A stretch of DNA of 64,000 bases from the NCBI GenBank assembly GCA_051382295.1, contig JBBCAW010000008.1, positions 1-64,000 of the forward strand. Direction: 5' to 3'. A model generated the notes under the pieces. The model did not search any database. It was not told the origin of the DNA and worked only from the letters and a program-made list of their open reading frames with translations. Shown here piece by piece: positions 39,622 through 48,444 of this stretch (the stretch's first letter is position 1; every line of letters begins with the position of its first letter). A program made the translations under genes and the position numbers. The DNA is from Bdellovibrionota bacterium FG-1. Its GTDB lineage: Bacteria; Bdellovibrionota; UBA1018.

Positions 39622-41244
39622 TTAGGTTTCACCCACCGTGACCCGCCCATGAGTACGGGCTGATTGACGCTTTTTATAAGTAATCCGCGAATATTTTCTA
39701 CGATGACTTCGTCGATGCCGCTTGGCCTCGGGGGGATCGCGCACATCCAAAGAAGCCAAACTGCGCGAACGGTCATTGGGAATAGGCAACAAGACCTGAA
39801 CGCCGCGCTTGAGCCTCATTCTAGGTGAAACGCCATTCAGATCTGCGATAGGGTCCACCTTAATTCCGTACTGAGAGGCGATCCGAGCCAAAGTCTCGCC
39901 ACGCCGCACCTTATAAGTCATAAAAGTGATCTGACGAGGAAAGGCTTCGTGATTATAAGCCTGTAAAAAATGCTCCCTAACCGAAGACGGAAGCTTCACC
40001 CGGTAAGTACTCACGTTGGGGGGCGTACACCACCGGAGAAGTTCGGGGTTCAGGGCTTTCACCGTGAGGTAAGAAATACCGGCCGCGCGCGCTATTTTAA
40101 GCATGTCCGCCGGGCTTTGAACTTCAAACTCAGCGATCGACTCGCCGCCCACCTGCCCGTCCTTATTGACGTGGGGAGTGGGGATTGGCTTGGCCAAAAC
40201 TGTTTCAACTAGCGCAGAAGTCAAAGTAGCGGGAGTCATACCTTGGGCTACTTCCGTGGGGGACTCATCCCCGTCTTCCCATTCGTCATCACCCGCCGCA
40301 TTTGCGGCCTCGATCACATTAGGGTTATGAATATTCTGGGTATCTTCGAGTGGCTGATCTGTTTTGACAACATGGACGACTTCGCCATCTCCGGCTACGG
40401 CCTCGCCTGCGCCTGGCTTCAGATTTCCGGCTGCAAAGCCAAATTGAGTCCTGTTCTTAGCCAAAAGGGCGGCCGCGATGATCTTAGGCACATAATCGCG
40501 AGTTTCCGGCCTTAAAAACCGCTGTTTTGAAATCACCCAAAAATCTTTCGACCCAAAGCGTTGAACTGCGCGTGCAACCTTAGTTTCGCCTGCGTTATAG
40601 CTAGCCGCCGCCAATTCCCAGGAACCCATCATCACGTAAAGATCATGAAGGTAGCCCACGGCCGCCAGGGTTGACTTGCGAATATCTCGCCGTTCATCCA
40701 CCCACCAATTGACCATCAACCCGTAGCGCTTACCGGTCGCCGAAATAAATTGCCAGGGCCCCACCGCTTTAGCTCGGGAACGCGCAAAATTATTAAAACC
40801 GCTCTCAATCATCGCAAGATAGACCAGGTCCTCTGGCATCCCATTTTGCTTCAACAGAGGTGCAATGTAGGGGATAAAAAATTCAGAGCGCTCGAGATAC
40901 CGTTCAAAGTGCTTTCGACCCCGGCCAGTAAAATAATCCACCCAATATTCGACACGAGAGTTGATCGTGATGGGGATGTCGAACTTGGTATTTTTAAGCT
41001 TCACCCCTTGAATCACTATTTCTGGGGTTTCAACGGAGACGGGGCGGCTGGAATCAGGCTGAAGAACTTCGCCTAAGGTCTTGGGCTCCGGGCGAGGTTC
41101 GGACTGAGAACTCAGAGGGCCCGTCAAAGTACCCGAGGGCGAAGAGGTACGAACCGTGGCGCAACCGGAAAGAACTAACGCGAAAACGCCAAAAATCGCA
41201 CCCAACGAAGCCCATTTGCCTGAATCTACGATCAAACGTTCCAT
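39622..41244 (-). CDS. mltD: Membrane-bound lytic transglycosylase with LysM (lipoprotein)
   Basis: Lipobox LSGC; IESGF, AVGPWQFI, YNAGE and ETRDYVPK; LysM YKVRRGETL. Confidence 0.88.
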   Translation of the reverse strand: MERLIVDSGKWASLGAIFGVFALVLSGCATVRTSSPSGTLTGPLSSQSEPRPEPKTLGEVLQPDSSRPVSVETPEIVIQGVKLKNTKFDIPITINSRVEYWVDYFTGRGRKHFERYLERSEFFIPYIAPLLKQNGMPEDLVYLAMIESGFNNFARSRAKAVGPWQFISATGKRYGLMVNWWVDERRDIRKSTLAAVGYLHDLYVMMGSWELAAASYNAGETKVARAVQRFGSKDFWVISKQRFLRPETRDYVPKIIAAALLAKNRTQFGFAAGNLKPGAGEAVAGDGEVVHVVKTDQPLEDTQNIHNPNVIEAANAAGDDEWEDGDESPTEVAQGMTPATLTSALVETVLAKPIPTPHVNKDGQVGGESIAEFEVQSPADMLKIARAAGISYLTVKALNPELLRWCTPPNVSTYRVKLPSSVREHFLQAYNHEAFPRQITFMTYKVRRGETLARIASQYGIKVDPIADLNGVSPRMRLKRGVQVLLPIPNDRSRSLASLDVRDPPEAKRHRRSHRRKYSRITYKKRQSARTHGRVTVGET

Positions 41245-41377
41245 GCTCTCTTCCTTGAGTTTGCCGCGAATTAACCCCGAAAGCCTCACCCTATTCGGGA
41301 AAGACCCTTACTTGATATCGTACCATGAGGACAAGGTAGAACCCCAAAGATTCACACAAAGCTTTCAATTTGACTTT

Positions 41378-41764
41378 CTATTTTGATGAAATCGCTTCAA
41401 TTTCAATAGGTTCTATAACTGACCCCGGCGTCCGACCAGGAATTTTTTTGTCGACGGGGCTCGTTAACTCATCCAACTGCACTGACTGCACTGACTGCAC
41501 TGACTGCACTGGGGCAACATCCCCTTCCTCACTGCTCTGCACTAATTCCACTAATTCGCGCCAATCCCGCGCAAAACGCCCAGTCCTATCGTGAAATATT
41601 TGCTGGGCCCGATCCAGACTTTTCAGGAGATCACGTCTTTGAACGTCATCCAATAGGGCAGGCGCAGCGGCAAGAGGTGACGACAAAGAGATTTGCCCCG
41701 ACCACCAAGTCAGTCCGCTCAATAGGGCGAGAAAAGAAATAAGGAAAGAATACCGACGATACAT
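41378..41764 (-). CDS. Hypothetical secreted or membrane-anchored protein
   Basis: Hydrophobic N-terminus, a QQIFHDRTGRFA pilin-like segment and a QSV repeat. Confidence 0.55.
   Translation of the reverse strand: MYRRYSFLISFLALLSGLTWWSGQISLSSPLAAAPALLDDVQRRDLLKSLDRAQQIFHDRTGRFARDWRELVELVQSSEEGDVAPVQSVQSVQSVQLDELTSPVDKKIPGRTPGSVIEPIEIEAISSK
41476..41511. repeat. Perfect tandem repeat (ACTGCACTG)x4
   Basis: Four exact 9-bp units, in frame, encoding VQS repeats. Confidence 0.9.
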
Positions 41765-41782
41765 AACGCAGTGCGTATCTTA

Positions 41783-41846
41783 TGCAAGCAGTACACCTTA
41801 ATGAAAAGAAAACTTCACAATCTTTACCTGCAAAATCAACAACTTA
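41783..41846 (-). promoter_or_regulatory. sigma54 promoter with an upstream IHF site
   Basis: Minus strand AGGTGT-ACTGC-TTGCA (41798-41783); AATCAACAACTTA (41834-41846) fits WATCAANNNNTTR exactly. Confidence 0.55.
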
Positions 41847-42058
41847 AAACACATGCCCGTCGAGATCCGCGACGAAATCGATGATTGTTTTGACAGTGTT
41901 TAGTTCTTCGACATCCTCCCGCCCCATGGATAACAGCCTCTCTTTTTTTCACGACCTAGTGCATTAAGTTAGGTACTTTTTACCTACTTCTCATCCACTC
42001 ATCTCTACTCAATGAATGGTTTTAATTTAAATCATTGTTTTAATGGTGTTTAAAAAAT

Positions 42059-42074
42059 TGGTCCAGAAATTGCT
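42059..42074 (+). promoter_or_regulatory. sigma54 -24/-12 promoter of the M4 peptidase
   Basis: TGGTCC-AGAAA-TTGCT, preceded by an AT-rich tract. Confidence 0.55.
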
Positions 42075-42140
42075 TAAGACGCACATCACTCATGGAAAAT
42101 GCCATGGGTTCAGGGGTTTTTCAGCCACACAGGGGGTTTA

Positions 42141-43862
42141 ATGTTGATCTCTCACACTCGTGCTTCTTCTTATTTAAAAACCGCAGTTTTAACCACTCTC
42201 ACGCTAACCATCATCACGCTTCCTTCGATTGGTTTTGCGGCAGATTCCTTTTCACACCTTCCCCAAGTCATTTCGACGGAGAACTCCTTCGACAGCTCCG
42301 AACAAGTTTATCAATCAGTTCGCCAAGATCCGGTTGTTCGCGAGTTTCTTACGGACAACTCCCCTAACGCCCTCAGTCTTTCCTCAAAAGCTCGTGGATA
42401 CGGGGTCGAAACGACTAAATTTCAGCACTATTATAAAGGCCTTCTGGTCATGGGATCGATGACCTTCCACCATGCTTCTTCCGAGGGTGCTCAGGTCACC
42501 CCCTTTCTTCGACGCTTTGACTTGGACGTTTCTCCCAGCATCACGGCCGAAAATGCCGTCGCCATCGCCAAGGCGGTAGCCGGCGATCGCGAACTCTCCA
42601 GAACCCCTGAACTCAAGATTCTCCCCTCCAGCCAAGACGACTCCGCTCGATTGATTTATTGGGTTGATATGGCAAACCAGGGCTTCAATGCAGGCGCCGA
42701 TGTGCTGATCGACGCTCACACGGGCCAGCTCGTCGCATCGCTTTCAAAAATGGAAACCATCGCCCCGGTTCAGATCATGACCGCCAAACAACAAGGCATT
42801 GCTTTTTTGCCCATCACTCAAAAGAACGACCAGACAGGCAAATATGAACCCAAAGGCTGCAAGGTCACGGATATGGCAAAAGCCAATGATCCAGGCAAAA
42901 TGCTGACCCCCACTCAATGCAAAACAGCACTCAATACAGACACGCCCCTCACCCAAAACCAATGCCAGGTCGTCCTACTGGATTCAGCCACCTCGGGTGA
43001 TCCTCTGGGCGTGGACCCCACCTCTTGCAGCCAGGTCGTCAAGAACAGTGTTCCATCCGGAAAAGCTGATGCTGCGGCGAAAAATGCCCTCAAAAATTCG
43101 GTTGCAGTACTGAATTACTATAAGGACGTTCATGGCCGCAATGGCATTGACGATCAAGGTGCTGAAGTCGTCAGTATCGTCCACGTTGGGCTTTCATACG
43201 CCAATGCCGCTTGGATTTCTGGAATGGACTTTATGATGTACGGCGACGGCGATGGCGAGTTGATGGATGATATGACCAAAGGACTCGACGTGGCTGGCCA
43301 CGAAATCACGCATGGTATTACTTCGAAAACTGCCAAACTTGAACGAATGGATCAAAGCGGAGCCCTCAATGAGGCCAACTCTGACTTCTTTGGCAAAATG
43401 ATTGCTCAAGACGGCACCTGGATGCTGGGAGCTTCTCTCTCCAAAGACCTTTCTAAATTTCCTGGAATTCGCGACATATCTAATCCAGGAGTACTGAAAG
43501 ATCGCACCCATGACGGTAATGGAGACCTAGTGGAAATTCCTTATCCATCCAAGGTGAGCGAAGCCCTGAAAAAGAGGGACGACAGCACCGTTTGCGACCG
43601 CAACAACGACTATTGCTGGGTTCACTTTAATTCAACAGTCGCTAGTCATGCCGCCTACCTGGTCCATCAAGCCATTGGAAAGTCTAAGGCGGAAGCGATC
43701 TATTACCTGACTTTGACCCAGTTTCTTCCGTCGAATGCGAACTTCAAGACAGCCGCTCAAGCAGTCACGAATGCCTGCACTGAGCTGAGCAAGCAAGGCC
43801 GCGTCACTTCTGACGACTGCGATCAGGTTCGCAAGGCCTTGACTGATACGGAAATGTTGTAA
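42141..43862 (+). CDS. Secreted M4 (thermolysin-family) metallopeptidase with FTP/PepSY propeptide
   Basis: Signal peptide; LIDAHTG, NAAW, YGDGDG, HEITH, GALNEANSD and VHFNS motifs. Confidence 0.92.
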   Translation: MLISHTRASSYLKTAVLTTLTLTIITLPSIGFAADSFSHLPQVISTENSFDSSEQVYQSVRQDPVVREFLTDNSPNALSLSSKARGYGVETTKFQHYYKGLLVMGSMTFHHASSEGAQVTPFLRRFDLDVSPSITAENAVAIAKAVAGDRELSRTPELKILPSSQDDSARLIYWVDMANQGFNAGADVLIDAHTGQLVASLSKMETIAPVQIMTAKQQGIAFLPITQKNDQTGKYEPKGCKVTDMAKANDPGKMLTPTQCKTALNTDTPLTQNQCQVVLLDSATSGDPLGVDPTSCSQVVKNSVPSGKADAAAKNALKNSVAVLNYYKDVHGRNGIDDQGAEVVSIVHVGLSYANAAWISGMDFMMYGDGDGELMDDMTKGLDVAGHEITHGITSKTAKLERMDQSGALNEANSDFFGKMIAQDGTWMLGASLSKDLSKFPGIRDISNPGVLKDRTHDGNGDLVEIPYPSKVSEALKKRDDSTVCDRNNDYCWVHFNSTVASHAAYLVHQAIGKSKAEAIYYLTLTQFLPSNANFKTAAQAVTNACTELSKQGRVTSDDCDQVRKALTDTEML

Positions 43863-43865
43863 GAA

Positions 43866-43930
43866 AAGCTTTCGGCAGTCAGCTTTCAGCGATCAGGTCT
43901 CAGCTATTTTAAGCTGACCGCTGAAAGCTT
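43866..43930. repeat. Heptamer-based (nnTCAGC) inverted repeat between convergent genes; possible bidirectional terminator
   Basis: AAGCTTTCGGCAGTCAGCTT ... AAGCTGACCGCTGAAAGCTT (18/20 inverted), with extra TCAGC heptamers in the loop. Confidence 0.7.
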
Positions 43931-43931
43931 C

Positions 43932-44378
43932 TTAATGTGCGTCTTCAGCTTTAAATTTCTGAACAATTTCAACTATTTGGTGTTCAAGATCCTCATCCGT
44001 TTCGTACACATCATCAATGTGGGATGAGCGCATAAAATATTTAACCAAGGTCTCGGCAATAAACTTAAGGCTCTTTTGAAAATAAAAGCCATTCAACACA
44101 TCATCGCCAAAGGTGCCACGAATAACCGCCTTGGCTGCCTTGTATTGATCGCTATCAGTAAAACTCGCTTCGGCCAAAATATCAGCCCGCGCTCCGATTT
44201 TCGCCAAAGTTCGTTCGCGTAGGTCTTCATCGGTCAAGATGAAAGGTCCCACCAGTCCATGGATCTCGTCTTGGACGACCTGACGAAGCCTCACTGGGAA
44301 CGCAATCGATTTATTGTTTTCTAGCCGGGTAACTATGCTCTTTACGAGCAATCGTACGGTTTCTTTTTTGGTAGCCAT
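43932..44378 (-). CDS. Hypothetical protein (DUF507-like)
   Basis: Clean ORF with a GGAGGGG ribosome-binding site; helical charged protein. The family call is tentative. Confidence 0.6.
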   Translation of the reverse strand: MATKKETVRLLVKSIVTRLENNKSIAFPVRLRQVVQDEIHGLVGPFILTDEDLRERTLAKIGARADILAEASFTDSDQYKAAKAVIRGTFGDDVLNGFYFQKSLKFIAETLVKYFMRSSHIDDVYETDEDLEHQIVEIVQKFKAEDAH

Positions 44379-44413
44379 CGAGTGAGTCCCCTCCCCTTAC
44401 GATCAACCTTAGC

Positions 44414-46108
44414 TCAAGTCTGTCCGTGTCTCACTTTATTTTTGATTTTTTTCACAAAAAGATTGACCCCATCCATCGTCTCCGTCGCCCGAAACACCCA
44501 GCTCAACCCATAAACCAAAAACAAACCTTCCAAAATGACGACCGAAAGCTTGAGCGCACGAGCCAAAACGAAGCCCAGCTTTCCGAAAAAACCGGCAAAA
44601 ACCAGGTCTGGGAGCAAGAAATCAAAGCCCCAGTAAGAAAGATAAACCAGCACACCCATCAATAATGCCACAGCACCGTGCTTCACAAAGACGACCCCCA
44701 ACGACCCTAAAGGTAAAGCCGCACCGCCGGCTTCACCCAAAAGCCACTTAAGGGAACCGATCAAAAGCAAGGCATTGAGTACGGCCGCCACTGAAGTTCC
44801 TAAAGCCAAACTCCAATAACCCAAAGGCCCCACCCATACCCAATTGAGCCCCACCGCAACCCCCACGCTGATCAAACTCGCCAAAACAGGCAACCGAGCA
44901 TTACCCATCGCATAACAAGCAGGAACCAGGAGTTTCACCGCCGAATAAGCGGTCAGGCCGATCGCATACATCGCTAATGCCAAGGCTGTGGCCTGGGTAT
45001 CGTGAGCTGTAAAACGGCCATACTGAAAAATCAGGGCGATAATAGGTCCTCCGAGAAATGCCAATCCCGCAGAGGCTGGCAGGTTAATCGCAAACACCCG
45101 CCGCAACCCTTGCTCAAGAGTCCTTTGTACACCCACAACATCACCCTTGATCCATTGGGACGAAATCACCGGAAGTGTTGCCGAAGCAAGTGATACCCCA
45201 AAAACCCCGATTGGAAACTGCATCAACCGAAACGAATAATGAAGCCACGACACGGCTCCTGTGCCCTGGGTAGTCGCCAAAACGGTATTCACAAAAACAC
45301 TGAACTGAGTGGCCGCAAGCCCCAACAGACTCGGCACCATCATCCAAAGCATTCGCCTTAAATGAACATTGCGATACCAAACATCTTCTTTTCCACTTGG
45401 CCCCCGCCTGGGAATCCATCGATATCCGGCCCTGTACAGAGCCGGTAATTGACAAAAAGCCTGAACACTGCCACCCACCAAAACCCCCAGCGCCATGCCT
45501 TCAATCGGGTGAATTTGCCAAGTACCGCCCCACTTCCACAAAAAACTTGCCGCCGTAACCCCCGAGGCAATCGAAACCAAATTAAATAAGGCGGCTGAAA
45601 AAGCAGGAATAAAAAAAATCCCGCAGGCATTCAGAACCCCCATATAAGCCGCGGCAAGCGTCACCATCGGAAAATAAGGAAACAACCATCGAGTCATCCG
45701 GATAGTGAGCTCGAACTTTCCAGGCACATCACGAAAGGCCGATGCGTAAAGCGACACTAACTGAGGGGCAAAAACGACGCCAAGAACCGTCAAACTCCCC
45801 GCTAAGACCATTAAAACTCGAAAAACCAACCCTGCCACCCGCCAGGCGCTCTGCTCTCCCTCTTCCTGACGAGCCAGCGTAAACGTCGGCACCAACGCGG
45901 CATTCATGGCCCCCTCAGCAAATAAATTGCGCAAAAGGTTTGGAATCCGAAAAGCGACGTTAAAGGCATCAGTAAAATTACCGGCCCCAAAAAGAAAAGC
46001 AAAGACCTGCTCTCGCACGAGTCCCAAAATACGCGAACAAAGCGTCGCAACCCCCACGGCACTGGCATTTCTCAAAACTCGATCAGAACTCACGTCGAGG
46101 GTCTTCAA
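44414..46108 (-). CDS. murJ: Lipid II flippase
   Basis: SRILGLVRE, DAFNVAFRIPNLLRNLFAEGA and RLMQFPIGVFG motifs. Confidence 0.95.
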   Translation of the reverse strand: MKTLDVSSDRVLRNASAVGVATLCSRILGLVREQVFAFLFGAGNFTDAFNVAFRIPNLLRNLFAEGAMNAALVPTFTLARQEEGEQSAWRVAGLVFRVLMVLAGSLTVLGVVFAPQLVSLYASAFRDVPGKFELTIRMTRWLFPYFPMVTLAAAYMGVLNACGIFFIPAFSAALFNLVSIASGVTAASFLWKWGGTWQIHPIEGMALGVLVGGSVQAFCQLPALYRAGYRWIPRRGPSGKEDVWYRNVHLRRMLWMMVPSLLGLAATQFSVFVNTVLATTQGTGAVSWLHYSFRLMQFPIGVFGVSLASATLPVISSQWIKGDVVGVQRTLEQGLRRVFAINLPASAGLAFLGGPIIALIFQYGRFTAHDTQATALALAMYAIGLTAYSAVKLLVPACYAMGNARLPVLASLISVGVAVGLNWVWVGPLGYWSLALGTSVAAVLNALLLIGSLKWLLGEAGGAALPLGSLGVVFVKHGAVALLMGVLVYLSYWGFDFLLPDLVFAGFFGKLGFVLARALKLSVVILEGLFLVYGLSWVFRATETMDGVNLFVKKIKNKVRHGQT

Positions 46109-46407
46109 ACCTGGAGTTGAAAAGCCTTAGCAATCCATTTATCGATCGCCTCATCTATTTTTGACCTGAAGGGGGCGGCCAAAAGACTCAGCTTGCCATT
46201 CAACTCAAGATGTCCCTCACCGCAAACCAACGTAGCGGTAAACATGGAAGACTTGAGATGAACGCTTTTAGCCGAAGAATCATGCGTAATATCAAATTTT
46301 CCGATCGACGTTTTTTCCATCAAACGCCCAATATCCTTGGAAACCTTGTCATAAAGCTCTTGAGAGCTCTTTCCAGGAACCTGAACTTTTCGTGTATAGC
46401 TTGGCAT
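46105..46407 (-). CDS. Polyhydroxyalkanoic-acid-system family small protein
   Basis: About 100 aa ending in LSLLAAPFRSKIDEAIDKW, typical of the PHA_gran_rgn family. Confidence 0.65.
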   Translation of the reverse strand: MPSYTRKVQVPGKSSQELYDKVSKDIGRLMEKTSIGKFDITHDSSAKSVHLKSSMFTATLVCGEGHLELNGKLSLLAAPFRSKIDEAIDKWIAKAFQLQV

Positions 46408-46420
46408 CGGCGCTCCTCTC

Positions 46421-48367
46421 TTATGGGCGGTCTGTTTTCAATAATACAAGCTCGGCCAATTCCTGACCAGCTCCGACCTGATCTTCAGCGCAAATTTTCC
46501 ACCGACCGATTTTTGCAGCCACAGGCAGCGCGTGAGGCACAAGCATTCCAAGTGCCTCGATGATCAACACTGGCTCGTGGGCCGGCACTTCAACCCCCTC
46601 CCTAAAAAGAATCGCATGGACTCTGCCATGAACGAGGGCAAAAAGCTGGGGAGCAGCCCTTGGCTTGCCTACCGGGATCTGCAGAACTCTTCGGACCACC
46701 AAAGTCCAAAGACCAATCCTGACCTGCCATTTATTTCGAGCGATGGGAAAGGCACAAACCCTCAAAGATCGGCCATCCAAATCCACTTCTCCGGACAGCC
46801 CCGGCAAGCCATCATAGCTCCAATGTTCGGGGCCTTTAAGCCGCCACATCAAAGCGGCAGGAGAAGCCCACTGATCCCCCACAGCCCAACGGGCGATTTG
46901 ATTTTCTGCCAACGGCTCCAACTGAATGCTATCAAAAAAAACGCCAGCAAAGAGCTTCAAAACCTCGGCGGGCGGGCGCACGAGGGGCAAAAATTCCTCG
47001 TCGACGAAGCCGGCATGAAAAATCCCTTCGCGCACCCAGGGATGATCCAAAAGTTCGGCCAAAAAACGCTCGTTAGTTTGCAGTGAACCCGCAATCCATA
47101 ATTCATTCAACAGTCCACGAACCAGATTCCGCGCTTTTTTAGCATCAGAAGCTCCCGCCCAAAGCAAACCCACCATGCCATAATCGGAGGGCAAGATCCG
47201 GCCTCCGGATTGAGCATCAAAGGGGATGGACAAGCTGAAATGAGCGACGTGTTTTGTTTCCACTTCGCGTACAAAACCAGCCTGCGGCAACTGCCGCAGA
47301 GAATCCTCGGCGTAGATCCGAAGGGCCACCCCGGCCGCCAGTTCTGGCGTTGGAAGCACTGTGGGCTCGTCTTCATCAGCCCCCCCCTGCATTGCCGAAA
47401 GTTGCCAAGCCACCGCCTGGGTACCCGCCACCCGCTCCCAAAGAGAAAATGCGGTATTGAGCCGCGCAATCCCGTCCACCAAAAAAATCCGTGAATCCTC
47501 AACCAAGAATTCGAAGGTTCCCACTCCCACATACCCGACATGATCCGCTAAACGGCGGGTAGCTTGAATCAATCGATCTTGCGCGACTTCGCTGATCGTA
47601 TCTGCCGGACAAAACTCAATCACCTTGCGAAAGCGACTTTGGAGCGAAGCATCCGTGATCGGAAAAACTCTCACCCGTCCATCTTGATATCGAACAAAAG
47701 GAACAACCACATGCCGCGCTCCTTCAAGATAGCGCTCAGCAAAGAGACTCACCTCCCCCAGATGATGTCTCAGCTGCTCAATCCAAAGTGGAATTTTGCG
47801 TTTCAAGTCCTCGGCTTCATGAACCACAAAAACACCCAGGCTCCCGCCCCCCTTGACTGCCTTCAGCACACAAGGAAAGGGCTTTTGGGCTAATGCCTGC
47901 TCAAAAACAAACCTCTCAATCTCCCTCACACTGGAAATGGGATCAAAACGAACGACCAAATGAGGAATCCCCACCTGGTCCGCCTCACCCAAAAAATTAA
48001 TTTTGTTCGAAAACAAAGAAAGCACTCGAGCGGGAGGGCAAATCACTCCAAGACCCAGTTCATCCCCTAAGGTTGCGATTTCGGACCGCTCAGCCCAAAC
48101 ACTCACCCCTGGATGTACGATAGCCCCGGCCCTTCCTTGTGTTTTTTTGGCAAATTGCGTCAAAATCTTTCGAACTTTAACCAAAGCCTCGGGATCCGAT
48201 AGCGACGGAAGTGGCTCGCCACTGGTCTCGGGCTCAAACCCCAATGAACTCAATTGATCCGCTATTAATTTTGCAGCACCACACTCACCTAAAACCAGGG
48301 CGAGTCCGCGTGGAACCCCCCTTGGTATAGATGTTTTTTGATTCGAAGCGGAGAATTGAGTAACCAT
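46421..48367 (-). CDS. Degenerate biotin carboxylase / carboxyl-carrier homologue (ATP-grasp)
   Basis: HPG, LKAVKGGG, ERYLEGARH, KVIE, GTFEFL, RIYAED and TNERFL; the C-terminal biotinyl-like domain reads EALGM instead of EAMKM. Confidence 0.8.
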   Translation of the reverse strand: MVTQFSASNQKTSIPRGVPRGLALVLGECGAAKLIADQLSSLGFEPETSGEPLPSLSDPEALVKVRKILTQFAKKTQGRAGAIVHPGVSVWAERSEIATLGDELGLGVICPPARVLSLFSNKINFLGEADQVGIPHLVVRFDPISSVREIERFVFEQALAQKPFPCVLKAVKGGGSLGVFVVHEAEDLKRKIPLWIEQLRHHLGEVSLFAERYLEGARHVVVPFVRYQDGRVRVFPITDASLQSRFRKVIEFCPADTISEVAQDRLIQATRRLADHVGYVGVGTFEFLVEDSRIFLVDGIARLNTAFSLWERVAGTQAVAWQLSAMQGGADEDEPTVLPTPELAAGVALRIYAEDSLRQLPQAGFVREVETKHVAHFSLSIPFDAQSGGRILPSDYGMVGLLWAGASDAKKARNLVRGLLNELWIAGSLQTNERFLAELLDHPWVREGIFHAGFVDEEFLPLVRPPAEVLKLFAGVFFDSIQLEPLAENQIARWAVGDQWASPAALMWRLKGPEHWSYDGLPGLSGEVDLDGRSLRVCAFPIARNKWQVRIGLWTLVVRRVLQIPVGKPRAAPQLFALVHGRVHAILFREGVEVPAHEPVLIIEALGMLVPHALPVAAKIGRWKICAEDQVGAGQELAELVLLKTDRP

Positions 48368-48444
48368 CTCGACTATTACGGTATCGCAGGCCCTCAACAA
48401 AGGCCATGGACAAAGGCCATGGGGTTTGGTCTTGTGTTACCCCT

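Noticed and set aside
41476..41511. CRISPR array
   Set aside because: Contiguous 9-bp units with no spacers, and no cas genes anywhere in the window.
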